Of a stretch of 64,000 nt of DNA, positions 42,037 to 56,940 are shown piece after piece. Numbering within the stretch: the stretch's first letter is position 1; each line of letters opens with the position of its first letter. Where the stretch lies: contig OZ024749.1 in NCBI GenBank assembly GCA_964016885.1, forward strand, positions 26,102,001 to 26,166,000, written 5' to 3'. This DNA is from Eledone cirrhosa (taxonomy: Eukaryota). The position numbers and the translations under genes were made by a program. The notes beneath the pieces were generated by a model, which saw nothing but the letters and a program-made list of their open reading frames with translations, searched no databases and had not been told where the DNA came from.

Positions 42037-42687
42037 CATATGTGGCTTTCATCTGTTGCAGACGTCTTTACGTCTAGTCCCAGTCTGGAGCATAACCTAT
42101 ATTTATTCAGTTTTTTTTTCATACTGTTTAATCTCAGAGGAGAGGACATTGACAATGGCTCTTTTCCAGAAGTTTCTTCAACTACTGGGAGACAGAAAGC
42201 CATACGTGTCTTTTATCTGTTGTAGACATCTTTACGTCTAGTCCCACACTGGAGCACAACCTATATTTATTCAGTTTTTTTTTCATACTATTTAATCTCA
42301 GAGGAGAGGACATTGACAATGGCTCTTTTCCAGAAGTTTCTTCAACTACTGGGAGACAGAAAGCCATACGTGTCTTTTATCTGTTGTAGACATCTTTACG
42401 TCTAGTCCCACACTGGAGCACAACCTATATTTATTCAGTTTTTTTTTTCTTACTGGTTTATCACGGGGGGAAAGACCTTGACGATGGCTCTTTTTCAGGA
42501 GTTTCTTCAACTACTGGGAGACAGAAAGAGATATGTGTCTTTCATCTGTTGTAGACGTCTTTATGTCTATTCCCAGACTGGAGCACAACCTTATTTATTC
42601 ACCTTTCTTTTACTGTTTAATCGCGGCGGGAAGGACATTGTCGATGGCTCTTTTTCAGAGATTTCAGCAACTGCTGGGAGACAGAAC
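42037..42687. repeat. 164-bp tandem repeat, ~4 copies
   Basis: atctgttg(c/t)agac at 42051, 42215, 42379 and 42544. Confidence 0.93.
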
Positions 42688-42809
42688 TAGGAATGTATAA
42701 TCAAAATGGGGGAGAGTTTCGCCTGAAGGATTTTTTTTCAACAACATTTATTCCACTAAAAGCAGTAAAGCAACAATTGGTAGTTTTTAACCGGGTATTA
42801 GCTTTGTAA

Positions 42810-42985
42810 GGTGGCTAATTGGCAGAGTCGTTAGAACGTCAGATAGAATGCTTTATGGTATTCTTTCCGGCTGTCTGCTCTCTGAGTTCAAATCCCGGCG
42901 AGGTCAACTTTGCCCTTTTCATCCTTTCGAGGTCGATAAAAAGTATCAGTCTAGTCGGGGATCGATTCTTCCTCTATATCTCTGT
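42810..42985 (+). mobile_element. tRNA-derived SINE variant
   Basis: ttggcagagtcgttag A box, gagttcaaatccc B box, aactttgcccttttcatcc. Confidence 0.85.
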
Positions 42986-43789
42986 TTCACTTCCTTTGCC
43001 TCACTCTTTCTATTTTTCTCTGCAAGAAATTTGTTATATTCAGGTCAGGAGATGTATGGGCTCCGCTAGGTTTTAAAATGCCCTAGAAACACCATATGTC
43101 AATACAGCGCCCTAACGACTCCCTCGTGAGTTATGGGACCATGGTTGGTTTAGATTAGTATAAATATACTGATATCTGCATAAAACATTTCTTAAGGTAG
43201 TACTCCTGCTGGCTATTCGTCGATTTGACAATCATGTTACCTCTCTCTACCAGATATATATCGACTAGGGCTCTGATGAGCACGTAGACACAATACAATG
43301 CAATATATGACAGGCAGGCGTGCAGATATAATTAAAAAGCCACAATGCTGTTGCTTGATAACCTGATTTGGCAATGTTTTAACAGCCTTCTCTTTAATCA
43401 TCCTATTGTCTAGTGCGTTCAGCTTCCTTCGAAATGTTGCAAATCATCGTATGTTGCTATTTTCCAACCCTTCAGATCTGCAGCAAGTCCTTGAGTATAT
43501 CTGGCAGAAATTGCACAGACAATGAAGATTGACATTAATGGGTCTTTTGAAGGTTTTTTTTATGATTAGAATTTCACCGTGAACCCTCATTAAACTCACC
43601 ATAAAACAATGTCAATAATGATTTACTTTAATGGGTCTTTTAAAGGCTTTCTAAGGTCAGGTTCTTGACCTGAACCATCAGTTGACTCACCATAAACAAT
43701 GTCAATAATGTGAAAATAAAGAGAATGGAATTAAATTCAAACATTATGACCGAGAATCTGTCATAATGTTGATAAAAGATTTCCCTTGC

Positions 43790-45687
43790 AAGGGAACGCA
43801 AGGGCTGCGAAATGATAAATAGAATACTTTGTTGTATTCGTTCCAGCTCTCTACGCTCTAAGTTCAAATCACGCTGAAGATACTTTTCTTTTGCCTGATT
43901 TGCAGGCCGATAGATAAACTACCAGTACAATACTGAAGTGAAATTCTCTTCTATCTCTCTTTATCACGCACACTCGTTTAAATCGACCACAGTACTTTAT
44001 TGGAAATTTATATTATCCACCCCAGAAAGTTGAAAATGAAAACGACTCCCTGCTGCGTGGCAGAGAATTATGGCTCTTTACCTTCTGAGTTCAAATTCCA
44101 CCGAGGTTAGCTTTGCCTTTCAACATTACGGGCTCGATAGAATAAAGTACCAGTCACGCACTGGGGGCGATTTAATCGATTTTCCCTTCCCCAAAAATGG
44201 CTGACCTTGTGCCTAAATCAGAAACCATTATGATTAGGCGGTGGATTGGCAGTATTGGTAGAGGGTCGGACGCCATTCTTTGACGCATAGAGTTACGGCC
44301 CTTGCCATTCTGAGTTCAAATCCCGCCGAGGTTAACTTTGCCTTTCATCCTTACGGGGTCGATAAAATAAAGTACCAGTAATACACTGGGTAATTGCTGG
44401 CCTTGTGCCTAACGTAGAAACAATTATGATTAGGTGGTAGAATAGCAGTATCGGTAGAGCGTCGGACAACATACTCTGTGGCATATAGTTACGTCTCTTT
44501 ACATCCTGAGTTCAAATCCCGCCGAGGTTAACTTTGCTTTTCAATAAAATACCAGTAAAGTACTGGTGTCGATATGACTGACTTTCTCCTTCCTCCGAAT
44601 TATTAGCCTTGTGACTATGTAGGAAATTATCGTTACTAATAGAATTATTATGTCCATGATGTTCAACATCGTCGTCGGGCGCTGGACGGACGGACCGGAT
44701 AAACTACCTATAGATTAAAGGAGAACAACTGGAAAGGGTGTATTTACCCTAGTGGACAGGGGGCCCGTGGCTTTTGTGGGATTTATGCACGAGTGACACT
44801 CGGAGTGTCCCCACTTTTGGGGAATTTGTTATGTTTGGTTTTAACAATGTTTGTTTGCTTAATCTCTGTTAAAATTGTACCGTCCAGTACTGTCTTGTGC
44901 GGTTTTTAATGTTTTCTTAATGTGATCGCTGTGTGGTTAAGAAATAATTGTTTCTACTTTTGGCACAAGGCCAGCAATTATCCCAGTACATTACTGGTAC
45001 TTTATTTTATCGACCCTGTAAGGATGAAAGGCAAAGTTAAGCTCGGCGGGATTTGAACTCAGAATGGCAAGGGCCGTAACTCTATGCGTCAAAGCATGGC
45101 GTCCGACCCTCTACCGATACTGCCAATCCACCGCCCATATGTGGTTAAGAAATAATAATTATTATTATTATCATTATCATTGTTGAGGGCGGTGGATTGG
45201 CAGTATCGGTAGAGGGTCGAACGCCATGCTTTGACGCATAGAGTTACGGCCCTTGCCATTCTGAGTTCAAATCCCGCCGAGGTTAACTTTGTCCCCTACA
45301 TGTCGGTCCTTGCGACCAATAAATGAAATCATTATTATTATTATTATACCCTTACTATAGGGTAGTTGATTGGCAGTATCGGTAGAGGGTTGGGCGCCAT
45401 GCTTTCTAGCATAGAGTTACGGCCCTTTATGATCTGAGTTCAAATCCCGCCGAGGTTAACAACTTTGCCTTTCATCCTTCGGGGTCGATAAAATAAAGTA
45501 CCAGTAATGTGCTGGGTAATTGCTGGCCTTGTGCCTAAAGTAGAAACAATTATTATTATTATTATATTTACGATCTGAGTTCAAATCCCACCGAGGTTGA
45601 CTTTGCCTTTCATCCTTACGGGGTCGATAAAATAAAGTACCAGTAATGCACTGGATAATTGCTGGCCTTGTGCCTAAAGTAGAAACA

Positions 45688-45735
<48 letters not shown>

Positions 45736-45940
45736 AAGGACGGTGGATTGGCAGTATCGGTAGAGGGTCGGACGCCATGCTTTGACGCATAGAGTTACAG
45801 CCCTAAGTTCAAATCCCGCCGAGGTTAACTTTGCCTTTCATCCTTATGGGGTCGATAAAATAAAGTACCAGTAATGCACTGGTTAATTGCTGGCCTTCAG
45901 CCAATAGTAGAAACAATTATTATTATTATTATTATTAATG
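43790..45940. mobile_element. Dense cluster of ~9 SINE copies, mostly plus, with one minus copy at 44942-45136
   Basis: Repeated A/B boxes and (ATT)n tails. TSDs are attatgattagg (44227/44423) and tgtggttaagaaataat (44932/45140). Confidence 0.93.
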
Positions 45941-46183
45941 TTCTAGACGACTCTAATTACCGATAATAATTCCCCAGCAGTCAACGGCCGATAAATTACT
46001 GTCATTTTCGATTCAATTATAAACACAGCTATCGATTCCTGCTCAAATTACAAATTTAATCAACTATTGAATATATATATATATTATATATATATGTATA
46101 AAGTTACATGCATATATATACATATATATACATATATACACATACAAACATACATACATACATATATGTATGTGGATGTATAT

Positions 46184-46228
<45 letters not shown>

Positions 46229-46416
46229 CATGTATATATGTGCATCCATTCATATTTGTATATATATGTAGGCATATATATATATATGTGTGTATATATG
46301 CATATATGTATACATAAATATGAATGTATATATATGTGTCTTTAAATAAATATATATATATATATATATATATACATATGTATATATGTGTTCATATACG
46401 CACCTATATATATATA

Positions 46417-46496
<80 letters not shown>

Positions 46497-46520
46497 CATA
46501 TATGCACCTATATCTATCTA

Positions 46521-46597
<77 letters not shown>

Positions 46598-46869
46598 CGA
46601 GAGAGAGAGAAAAAAAGAGAGAGATAGAGACAAAGACTAGAAACAATGACGTGAACTACATCTTAAACAACAATATCAACAACAATATTACAATAGAAAT
46701 AAGCAACAACATCAACCACAACAACAGTAACGAACCCAACAATGTGTGACCTTACATCAACAGTTATTGCTAACAACAACAGTCTTTATAGAATGAAAAA
46801 ACCTATGATGAAAGTCATTCCAGCCATGACCATCTCACTTTGGAGGGAGGAATTTTAGTATATTGGACA

Positions 46870-47105
46870 TTTGTGGTTAGAGAGTTGGGTTCAAAATCGT
46901 GAGGCTGTGAATTCGATTTCCGGGACAGGTGATGCGTTATGTCCTTGAACAAGACACTTTATTATACGTTGCTCCTTCTGCCAGGAGATGCGACCGGTAG
47001 ATAGTATCAGCAATGAAAACACTAATGGAAACATTCTTTCCTTGGTCCGATTTGATGAGTTCCATCACACTCGGTAAGCGAATGAGTTCTGAAATCTTAT
47101 CGATT
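46870..47105 (+). mobile_element. CORE-type SINE (related copy at 48565-48730)
   Basis: B box gaattcgatttcc, CORE-like gtccttgaacaagacactttt and a shared 3' segment gatagtatcagcaatg...ggtccgatttga. Confidence 0.7.
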
Positions 47106-47218
47106 CGGATAAAAAAGTAGGTGTATTTTGAGGTATATTTAGCTGCTATTTCAAGCTACGTAAATGCTATTTTATAGATTTGAACTTCTTAATTCTTGAT
47201 TTTACTGATGCTCTAGAT

Positions 47219-47508
47219 CAGGCATGGGCAACCTTTTTCGAGAAGCGGACCACATGAGATATGACTCATCATCAGGCGGCCCGAAAGCGCTAATTAGCAT
47301 TTGTGCCCACATTAAAATAAAGGGTGGTAACTCAGGTTGTTTTGATTTGTTTCTTCAGAATTCGTACACATTGTTTCCTCGGTTGTAAAAATGATAGAAA
47401 TATAAATTACGACTGAAAAGTTGGGATAAAAAAATCAGAAAGTTTTCCCTTAGGTGACTTAGGTGAGCTATTCAGAAAGCTTCACGGGGCGCAGGTTGCC
47501 CATCACTG
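47219..47508. mobile_element. hAT-family MITE (290 bp)
   Basis: TIRs CAGGCATGGGCAACCT and AGGTTGCCCATCACTG; 8-bp flanks ctctagat and ttatagat (6/8 match). Confidence 0.8.
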
Positions 47509-47537
47509 TTATAGATGCTTTCCTACTTCAATCCCTT

Positions 47538-47821
47538 CTATTTTCCCATTAAGCTTGGGCAATCAGAAAAGTGATGTAGGTACAACCTTTTCTTCTCTAC
47601 ATATTTTTTTGTTTGGCACTTAACTCCTGATTGGGACTCAGTGACCCTGCAGTGATATGAGCGTGTTGTATTGTGTATATAAACTGGTCGTCCCTCTTCG
47701 TGTCTGAACACAGCCGATATATTCCTGATAAAGGAACGTAACTCCTGATTAGGGCATAGGGGCACTATGGTAACATCCTTGGGCATTTTTGAAACCAGGT
47801 CCGAATAAAACTGATTTCTTT
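47538..47821 (-). CDS. Candidate terminal coding exon of an unknown host gene
   Basis: Strong acceptor tctctctctcttttctag, then a phase-1 open frame RNQFYSDLVSKMPKDVTIVPLCPNQELRSFIRNISAVFRHEEGRPVYIHNTTRSYHCRV...DCPSLMGK-TAG in non-repetitive sequence. Confidence 0.45.
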
Positions 47822-47838
47822 CTAGAAAAGAGAGAGAG

Positions 47839-47876
<38 letters not shown>

Positions 47877-47962
47877 TTATATGTCAGTGTGTGTCTGCTT
47901 CACCCTGACTTTCCGTATATGTGTTTATACACATACATACATATATATACATACACACACAC

Positions 47963-48026
<64 letters not shown>

Positions 48027-48079
48027 TTGTGTGCGTATGTGTGTGTGTGGAGAGAGAGAGAGAGAGAGGTGGGGGTTAA

Positions 48080-48856
48080 AGAGATACAGAGGAAGAATGG
48101 ACCTCAGTATTAGACTGGTACTTTTTATCGACCTCGAAAGTATGAAAGGCAACGTTGATAGTGGAGGGATTTGAACTTAGAGTGCAAAGAACCAGAAGGA
48201 ATAACCCGCGGCATTCTCTCTGACCTTTTAACAGCTCTGCCAATTCGGTGCTTGATAAATGAAGAGAGGGGAAGATTTGACCCCAGTGCTCATAATTTTA
48301 TTATCGAACTTGAAACAATGAAAGAGGAAGTTGACATCGACATGGTTTGAGCTCATTGTCATTTTCATCACCATCATCAACATCACCATCTTTACCATCA
48401 TCAGCAGCAATACTAATAACAACAGAGTGACATTGAAACGCAAATAAGAATAATAATTGTTTCTACTTTAGGCACAAGGCCACCAATTTAACAGTGCATT
48501 ACTGGTACTTTATTTCAACGACCCCGTAAGGATGAAAGGCAAAGTCAACCTCGGCAGGATTTGTTTGTGAGTTCAATTCCCTGACCGGGCGATGCGTTAT
48601 GTCCTTGAGCAAGACATTTTATTTCACGTTGCTCCTTCTACCTGGAGTTGCGACCGATAGATAGTATTAGCAATTGGAAAGACCAACGGAAACATTGTTT
48701 CCTCGGTCCGATTTGATGAAAGTCGATCGTTATTATTACTGGTACTTTATTTCATCGACCCCGTAAGGATGAAAGGCAAAGTCAACCTCGGCAGGATTTG
48801 AACTCAGATCGTAAAGGGACGTAACTATGCTGGAAAGCATGATGTCTGACCCTCTA
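48080..48856 (-). mobile_element. SINE fragments (with a nested plus-strand CORE SINE piece)
   Basis: actggtactttatttcatcgaccccgtaaggatgaaaggcaaagtcaacctcggcaggatttg occurs twice. Confidence 0.85.
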
Positions 48857-49077
48857 ATAATATATATAAATAAGAAGAATAAGATGATGATGATGATGAT
48901 GATGATGATGAAATGAATAGATAAATAATACCGTCGTAAATAAAAAAAATAGCCAATGATACTAGTAAATAAACAAATGGTAAATGGCAAATGACATGTA
49001 CATCTCTATCTATCTATCTATATTTATATATATACATTTGTGTATGTGTATGTATATATATATATGTATATATATTC

Positions 49078-49115
<38 letters not shown>

Positions 49116-49413
49116 GAATATATATATAGAATATATATACATATATATATATAGAATATATTCATATATATATGTATATTATATATATTTATATGCATAT
49201 ATATATATATATATACACATACATTTATATATATATATATATACACATACATATATATATATATATATATACACACATACATATGAATATATACATACAT
49301 ATATATATACCTATATATATATACATATATATATATATGCATATATATATATGCATATATATATATATGAATATATATATACACACACACACATATATAT
49401 ATGTATGGATATA

Positions 49414-49463
<50 letters not shown>

Positions 49464-51534
49464 CATATATTTCTACTTTTACTTCATCCTTACTTCCTTC
49501 CTTTCTTCCTTCTCGATTATTCTTTCTTTCTTTCCCTCCTTTCTCCCTTCCCACTTCCTTCCTCTTCCCCTCCTTTTTCCCTCCTCTTCCCCTCCTCTTT
49601 CCTTCCTCTAATTGCTTCGTTTATTTTATGGCCAATTTAAAATGAGATAATTACAGTTATTATCGTTGACTGCCATACTGTAAAAGATAAGTTTCAATGG
49701 AGGACCAAAACTAAATCCAGTCTGCCGTCCACTATGTCGACTTCCGGTCCTCTTGCTTTTCTTTTTGTTGTTGTTTTGAAGGGCATTTTTGTGGTTGTTG
49801 TTGTTATTTTAATCATTTTGTCGTAGCCATTTTCTTGTTTGTTTGTTTCTTTTTTGTATTTTTGTATTTTTGGTTTTATTTTACTTTTTTTAGTTATTTA
49901 TAACTGTTTTGTTGTTGTGGTTGTTGTTGTTATCATTTTTTCGGAGCCATTTTCTTGTTGTTTTTTTTGTTTTTTTTGTTATAAGTGTTTTCTTGTGGTT
50001 GTTGTTGTTGTTGTCGTTTATCATCTTTGTAGACATTTTCTTGTTTGTTTGTTGTTTTTTTTGGAGGGGGGTTATATGTTTTTTTACGTTATTCTTTGTT
50101 TCTATCTTGTTATTGTTGTTGTTGCAGTTATTGTTCTTGTTGTTGTTGTTACCATCTCTGCCGCCATAATGATTTGTTGTTGTTGTTGTTGTTATTGATG
50201 TTGTTGTTAGTCACCATCTCTGCGCCATAATGATTTGTTTCTAGTTTCATTCTTCGATTGTTTTTTTATTGTTACGTGTTTTTTTGTTGTTGTTTTTTGG
50301 TGTGTGAGAGAGAGAGTGTGTGTGTGAACACTCACACACACACTGTGTGTGTGTGTGTGTGAATATATATGTGTGTGAGTATGTGTTTGTGTGTCTATTT
50401 GTGTGTGAATGTTTGTGAGTGTATGTGTATGTGAGAAGGTGTGTGTGAGTATGTGAGTATGTGTTTGTGTGTCTATATGTGTGTGTCTGTGTGTGTGAGT
50501 GTGTGTGTGTGCGTGTGCGTGTGTGTGTGAATATATATGTGTGTGAGTATGTGTTTCTGTGTCTATTTGTGTGTGAATGTTTGTGAGTGTATGTGTATGT
50601 GAGAAGGTGTGTGTGAGTATGTGAGTATGTGTTTGTGTATCTATGTGTGTGTGTCTGTGTGTGCGTGTGTGTGTGTGTGTGTGTATGCGTATGTGTGTGA
50701 ATATGTATGTGTGTGAGTATATGTTTGTGTGTCTATTTGTGTATGTGTATGTGAGTATGTATGTGTGTGTCTGTGTGAGTGTGTGTGAGTGTGTGTGCAT
50801 GTGTATGTGTGTGTGTGTGTTTTGTTTCTTTTTCCTTCAGTTACAATTATTTACCGAAGTCAATAAATCTCTCAGAATGATGATAAGAATAATCATAATG
50901 ATGATGGTGGTGGTGGGGATGATGATGATGATGACGGTGATGATGATGGTGGCGATAATGATGGTGGTGGTGGTGATAATGATGGTGATGGTGGCGATAA
51001 TGATGGTCATGGTGGCGATGATGACGATGATGGTGATGGTGGTGGTGATGACGGCGATGATGGTAGTGTTGATATGAATAATGATGATGATGATGATGAT
51101 GTTGATAAGAATGATGATGATGATGATACTGATAGTGATAGTGTTGGTGATGATGATGATGATAATGATCATGATGATGAGGAGGAGATGGAGAGGGAGG
51201 ACAGAGAGATAGAGAGCAAGGGAGGGGGCGACATTGCTACAATAGCAGAAAACAAATAAAGAAATCAACTATGTCATTTTAGTTCGATTTTTCTTCAATA
51301 ATAAAAGATCATTTATTTATTTTAGTTGTTATGTTCTGCTGCTTTCTTTTGCTGTTTACTTTTTTGGCTGACTGTTATATATACAAAACATAGTAATCAA
51401 ATTGTTTTGTGGCATATAGTTACGGCCTTTTACTTTCTGAGTTTAAATTCCGCCGAGGTTAGCTTTGCTTTTGATCCTTAAGGGGACCATAAAATAAAGT
51501 ACCAGTAACGTACTGAGGTAGATTTATAATAATA

Positions 51535-52135
51535 AAATTATTGTATACAGTGCTCAGGTGCACTACAACTCATCAAAGGTACATGTATAGTACTTAGAAT
51601 AATTATTTCTACTTTTGGGTCAAGGCCAGCAAATTAACCAGTGCATTACTGGTACTTTATTTTATCGACTCCGCTATAGTACATAGAATAATGTACAAAT
51701 ATCAGGAAAAGGAACAGTGTAATAATAATCAAATTATTGTGTACTACAACACATCAAAGGTGCGTGTATAATACATAGAATAATGTACAAATGTCAGGAA
51801 AATGAACAGTGTATGAGTCATGATATACACGTGTGCCTGTGTATGGAGGAGGAATATTAGGTGTAGTATTGGCGAATTTCAGAAAGCATGGAGATCTTAA
51901 AGGATGCTGTGTCCCGACAGCTAACAACTGATGCAGGTAGTTTGTTAATGCCTCAGCAACTCTAAGTGTGAAAAAATGTTTCAGAAAATCATGGGAGCTG
52001 TGCTGCTTTCTCACTTTGTAGGCATGCCCACAGGTGTTAGAAACATGGAATTCAAAAAGGTGCTCAGAGTTGTTGTTGGCAAGATGGTTAATAAGTGTGT
52101 GGGGTATTTACCAAGTCGGTTGCCAGACGTCGGAG
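51535..52135 (-). mobile_element. CR1-type LINE 3' fragment
   Basis: RKQHSSHDFLKHFFTLRVAEA (FFxxRV motif of the CR1 ORF2 end); 3' UTR partly duplicated with a SINE piece inside. Confidence 0.8.
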
Positions 52136-52418
52136 CTTCAATGTATCCATGCCCAGGGAAGCAAGGCGTTAATCGACTTTGCCCTCTCCCGATATTGCTG
52201 ACCTTGTGCCTATAGTAGAAATCAGTATTAAAATTATTAAAAGAGGGTGGTGGTTTGGCTGAATCGGTAGTGCATTGGGTAAAATGTTTTGTGGCATTTG
52301 TACCTGCAGAGGTCAGAGGTCAACTTTGCCATTTATCCTTATGGAATCGATGAAATAAAGCACCAATAATGCACTGAGGTTGATTTAATTGTTGGTCCTT
52401 GTGCCTAAATAGTAACCA

Positions 52419-54136
52419 TATTATATTATATTATATTATATTATATTATATTATATTATATTATATTATATTATATTATACTATATTATATTATATTATA
52501 TTATACTATATTATATTATATTATATTATATTATACTATATTATATTATATTATATTATACTATATTATATTATGTTATATTATATTATATTATATTATA
52601 TTATATTATATTATATTATATTATATTATATTATATTATACTATATTATATTATATTATATTATACTATATTATATTATATTATATTATACTATATTATA
52701 TTATATTATATTATACTATATTATATTATATTATATTATATTATATTATATTATATTATATTATATTATATTATATTATATTATACTATATTATATTATA
52801 CTATATTATATTATATTATACTATATTATATTATATTATATTATATTATATTATATTATATTATATTATATTATATTATATTATATTATACTATATTATA
52901 TTATATTATACTATATTATATTATATTATACTATATTATATTATATTATATTATATTATATTATATTATATTATATTATATTATATTATACTATATTATA
53001 TTATATTATATTATATTATATTATATTATATTATATTATATTATACTATATTATACTATATTATATTATACTATATTATATTATATTATATTATATTATA
53101 TTATATTATATTATATTATATTATATTATATTATACTATATTATACTATATTATATTATACTATATTATATTATATTATATTATATTATATTATATTATA
53201 TTATATTATACTATATTATACTATATTATATTATACTATATTATATTATATTATATTATATTATATTATATTATATTATATTATACTATATTATACTATA
53301 TTATATTATATTATATTATATTATACTATATTATATTATATTATATTATATTATATTATATTATACTATATTATATTATATTATACTATATTATATTATA
53401 TTATATTATATTATATTATATTATATTATATTATATTATACTATATTATATTATATTATATTATATTATATTATATTATACTATATTATATTATATTATA
53501 TTATATTATATTATATTATATTATATTATATTATATTATATTATATTATATTATATTATATTATACTATATTATATTATATTATATTATATTATATTATA
53601 TTATATTATATTATATTATATTATATTATACTATATTATATTATATTATATTATATTATATTATACTATATTATATTATATTATATTATATTATATTATA
53701 CTATATTATATTATATTATATTATATTATATTATATTATACTATATTATATTATATTATACTATATTATATTATATTATATTATATTATATTATATTATA
53801 TTATATTATATTATACTATATTATATTATATTATATTATATTATATTATATTATACTATATTATATTATATTATATTATATTATATTATATTATATTATA
53901 TTATATTATATTATATTATATTATATTATATTATATTATACTATATTATATTATATTATATTATATTATATTATATTATATTATATTATATTATATTATA
54001 TTATACTATATTATATTATATTATATTATATTATATTATACTATATTATATTATATTATATTATATTATATTATACTATATTATATTATATTATATTATA
54101 TTATATTATATTATATTATACTATATTATACTATAT
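52419..54136. repeat. ~1.7-kb (TTATA)n pentanucleotide array with CTATA variants
   Basis: Direct reading; explains the YYIIL ORF. Confidence 0.98.
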
Positions 54137-54184
54137 TTCTGTTTGTCATTTTCTCTGTTGCTTCTTTAGTTTTTATGTTATATA

Positions 54185-54275
<91 letters not shown>

Positions 54276-54321
54276 ATAAAAACTAAAGAAACAACAGAGA
54301 AAATGGCAAACAGTAATATAA

Positions 54322-54689
54322 TATAATTGTTTCTACGTTAGGCACAAGGCCAGCAATTACTCAGTGCATTACTGGTACTTTATTTTATCGACCCCGTAAG
54401 GGTGAAGGACAAAGTTAACCTTGGCGGGATTTGAACTCAGAAAGGCAAGGGCCGTAACTCTATACGTCAAAGCATGGTGTCCGACCTTCTACCGATACTG
54501 CCAATCCACCGCCCAAACAGTAATATAATATAATTGTTTCTACGTTAGGCACAAGGCCAGCAATTACTCAGTGCATTACTGGTACTTTATTTTATCGACC
54601 CCGTAAGGATGAAAGGCAAAGTCAACCTCGGCGGGATTTGAACTCAGATCGTAAAGGGACGTAACTATGCTGGAAAGCATGGCGTCCGA
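54322..54689 (-). mobile_element. Two tandem SINE copies
   Basis: Each is preceded by aaacagtaatataatataattg (TSD-like). Confidence 0.92.
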
Positions 54690-54733
54690 CATAATGTAAT
54701 GTAATTTAACATAATATAATATAATATAATATA

Positions 54734-54772
<39 letters not shown>

Positions 54773-54870
54773 TTTTTGAATTTGTGAAATTAACAGATGC
54801 GTGTTTTTTTTATTAGCAGCATCACTCTCCCAAAGTATAACTATATATATATATACATATATATATATAC

Positions 54871-54906
<36 letters not shown>

Positions 54907-55114
54907 TCTATTTATTTTATTTATTTCTCTTCACCATCGCCTCCGTGTCTTTTCTTTGCCCAATAATTTTCCAGTTATTGGCGCACTGTGGATAGAGGTA
55001 TTGTATTTAGTGCTTCAAAATGTCCGAGACCCACAGTGAACAACTGAAGAGGGCTCTGTCCTTTGTTTGTGCTTTCCTCATATTTCTAAACACTATATAT
55101 TATATCTATGTATG

Positions 55115-55190
<76 letters not shown>

Positions 55191-55323
55191 GTGTTGATTT
55201 ATGTTAAGAGATCAAATCTGAGATTCTCTTCCCAAGACACAATGAGACAACTGTGTCTTTTGTATCACTATTACCACCACTACTACAACTAATGCTAGTA
55301 CTACTACTATTACTACTACTACA

Positions 55324-55363
<40 letters not shown>

Positions 55364-55627
55364 AAGTTCCAAGCTAGTTGAAATAATGTCTCTTAGTGGC
55401 AGTCTGCCATTGACCATTGTTACAGTATCTGTACACCTATTGATCTGTTTCCTATACTGATAGATCACTGTTTATTGTCTACACACACATACAGAGAGAC
55501 ATATACACATACACGCCCAAACACACTGTCTCACACACACTCACACACACAGTCTCACACTCTCTCATACACACACAATTATATATATATATATATATGC
55601 ACATGTACATATGTATATATATATATA

Positions 55628-55673
<46 letters not shown>

Positions 55674-56201
55674 CATATGTATATATTTATTTATACATGT
55701 ATACATATGTATATATTTATTTATACATGTATGCATATTATGTATATATATATTTGTATATATAAATATATATTCATACATGCATACACATACACATATA
55801 CATTCATTCATATATATATATATAAACAAATATATATAAAAACAGACGCACACAGATGCACATACATAGACACGCGGAAATACATAGTAGATATATATAT
55901 GTGTGTGGGGAAGTGTGTGTGTGTTTGTGTGTATATGTGAATGTTAGTTTGTGAGTATGTGTGTGTGAATATGCGTGTGTGTGTGTATGTTTGTGTCCTC
56001 GCAGACACAAGAACACAAACACAGAAAGCCAAAACCGTTTTCTTCCTATTTCACACAACGGCAGATATCTCAGACATATAAATTGATACAGGGAGCATAG
56101 ATATTTAGTTTAAGCACAAGGCCAGCAAAGTTATGGTGAGAGAAGCCGATTATATATACTCAAGTATACGTAGGGTCCTTTATAATATATATATATAATA
56201 T

Positions 56202-56909
56202 ATAGAAAGATTTGAATGGATACAGTTTAGTTGAAAGGAATTTATTGACACGTGTTTCTATAACAGTTACATAACCTAAAACAGCTATCTACAAACTTTT
56301 AGTTATGCAGACATTCAATATTTCAATGTTATTGTTTACTGTCATTTCATCAGAATAATATTACTGAGGACCTATTTAGTTTTTATAGAGAATATTAGGA
56401 GGAAGGGGTGAAGTTGTTAGAAGAATAGTTGAAGGAGTGGTTTTTCTGCAAATTGTGTAATCTTGAGATTTATTACATAATCACACACAAGAAGAAACTG
56501 CTGAATAACAGAATTGAACGAACATTATTCTGCCGTCACAGAACTAAAACCCTTTTTTCCCACTACAAGCCGAATATTACATAAAAGAGGGACATCCCCC
56601 AACTATATAAACCTTAATCTAGTTAGAAAAATATAAAAACAATCTCTTTTCAACATATATTAATAACCTTAAATTACCATACTAATAATGAAAAGATATG
56701 CTGATGAGAATAGGTACAAATATGCGATAATGAATGTGTCTAAAAACGTCCATAAGTATGTATATATATGTGAAAATGTATATAAATAAGTAAATATATA
56801 TATATGTTTGATGTGTATAGTTAGATGTAAGTGTATTCATGTATTAAAGTGCTTATATTTATATATATATATATGTGTGTGTGTGTATATGTGTGTATAT
56901 ATGTATGTG

Positions 56910-56940
<31 letters not shown>

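Noticed and set aside
43272-43320. CTGATGAGCA...TGC as a hammerhead
   Set aside because: GAAA box absent
49663-49685. 23-nt minus-strand micro-exon upstream of the 47.8-kb exon
   Set aside because: Splicing it in the ATG frame creates TAA at the junction; no other support
52399-54273. 624-aa YYIIL ORF
   Set aside because: (TTATA)n satellite
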